This document shows, piece by piece, positions 63,651 through 64,000 of a stretch of DNA of 64,000 nt. The position numbers and the translations under genes were made by a program. Position 1 is the first letter of the stretch. Every line of letters begins with the position of its first letter. The DNA is from Myxococcota bacterium (GTDB lineage: Bacteria; Myxococcota_A; UBA796; UBA2385): contig JBIJDH010000004.1 of assembly GCA_044344255.1 (NCBI GenBank), positions 384,001-448,000 of the forward strand. The letters run 5' to 3'. Under the pieces are notes generated by a model, which was not told the DNA's origin, made no database searches, and saw only the letters and a program-made list of their open reading frames with translations.

Positions 63651-64000
63651 CGGGCGGACCGAGCGGGGGGCCGAGCTGGAAGGTCTTTGCCTTCTCGGCC
63701 CGCTTGCGGTTCCGCTCGAGGCCGATGCAGGCGAGACCGTGATCATTGGCCATCGCCAGGGCGGTGCCGATCCCGCAGAAGGGCACCACCACGGTGTGGG
63801 TGGACGGAGAGGCGACCCGGATGGCGCGGATGCAGAGCTCCGCGGCCCGGGTGCCCATGCTGTGGCTCCAGGGCATCTCCCCGAGGTCGGGGAGCACGTC
63901 CGGGAAGCCGCCGTGAGCGGGCATGACGCGGCCGCGTGACGCGGCGAGGATGTGGGAGTAACCTGGCCTCCCGAGGAGCACGGTGCCGGGCGGCTTGCGG
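63640..64000 (-). CDS. 3' part of a SAM-dependent methyltransferase (N6/N4 DNA- or Trm11-like C-terminus), partial
   Basis: Motif I VVVPFCGIGT followed by IGLE; frame open to the window edge. Confidence 0.65.

Overview
Very GC-rich bacterial chromosome segment, most likely from a Myxococcota-type (deltaproteobacterial) lineage. This assignment is inferred from several MYXO-CTERM-like tails, a MopE-type metal-binding repeat lipoprotein, an RpoH-like sigma factor and a long S41 protease. The window is mostly housekeeping and rich in proteostasis genes (ftsH, clpB, rpoH-like sigma, tig-clpP-clpX-lon, an S41 protease, an M16 peptidase pair, ettA). It also has six tRNAs (His, Lys, Leu, Val, Asp, Trp), larB-larC, a gshB-like ligase, an ECF sigma/anti-sigma pair, radC and a UbiD/MqnL decarboxylase. 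I found no integrase, transposase, CRISPR array or rRNA. The best candidate for an undescribed system is at 16.3-25.7 kb: a membrane-anchored pseudokinase, a TPR-CHAT lipoprotein lacking its catalytic Cys, and an exported Rhs/YD-repeat protein with no obvious toxin or immunity gene. Two more apparent pseudoenzymes (Pcm-like and heparinase II/III-like) lie just upstream. Other signals are a TAnnnn hexamer exactly 12 nt before several start codons lacking a Shine-Dalgarno (probable leaderless mRNAs), a sigma-54-type promoter before radC, and a PAS-HisKA protein with no ATPase domain. All family calls come from motif recognition by eye; no database searches were run.
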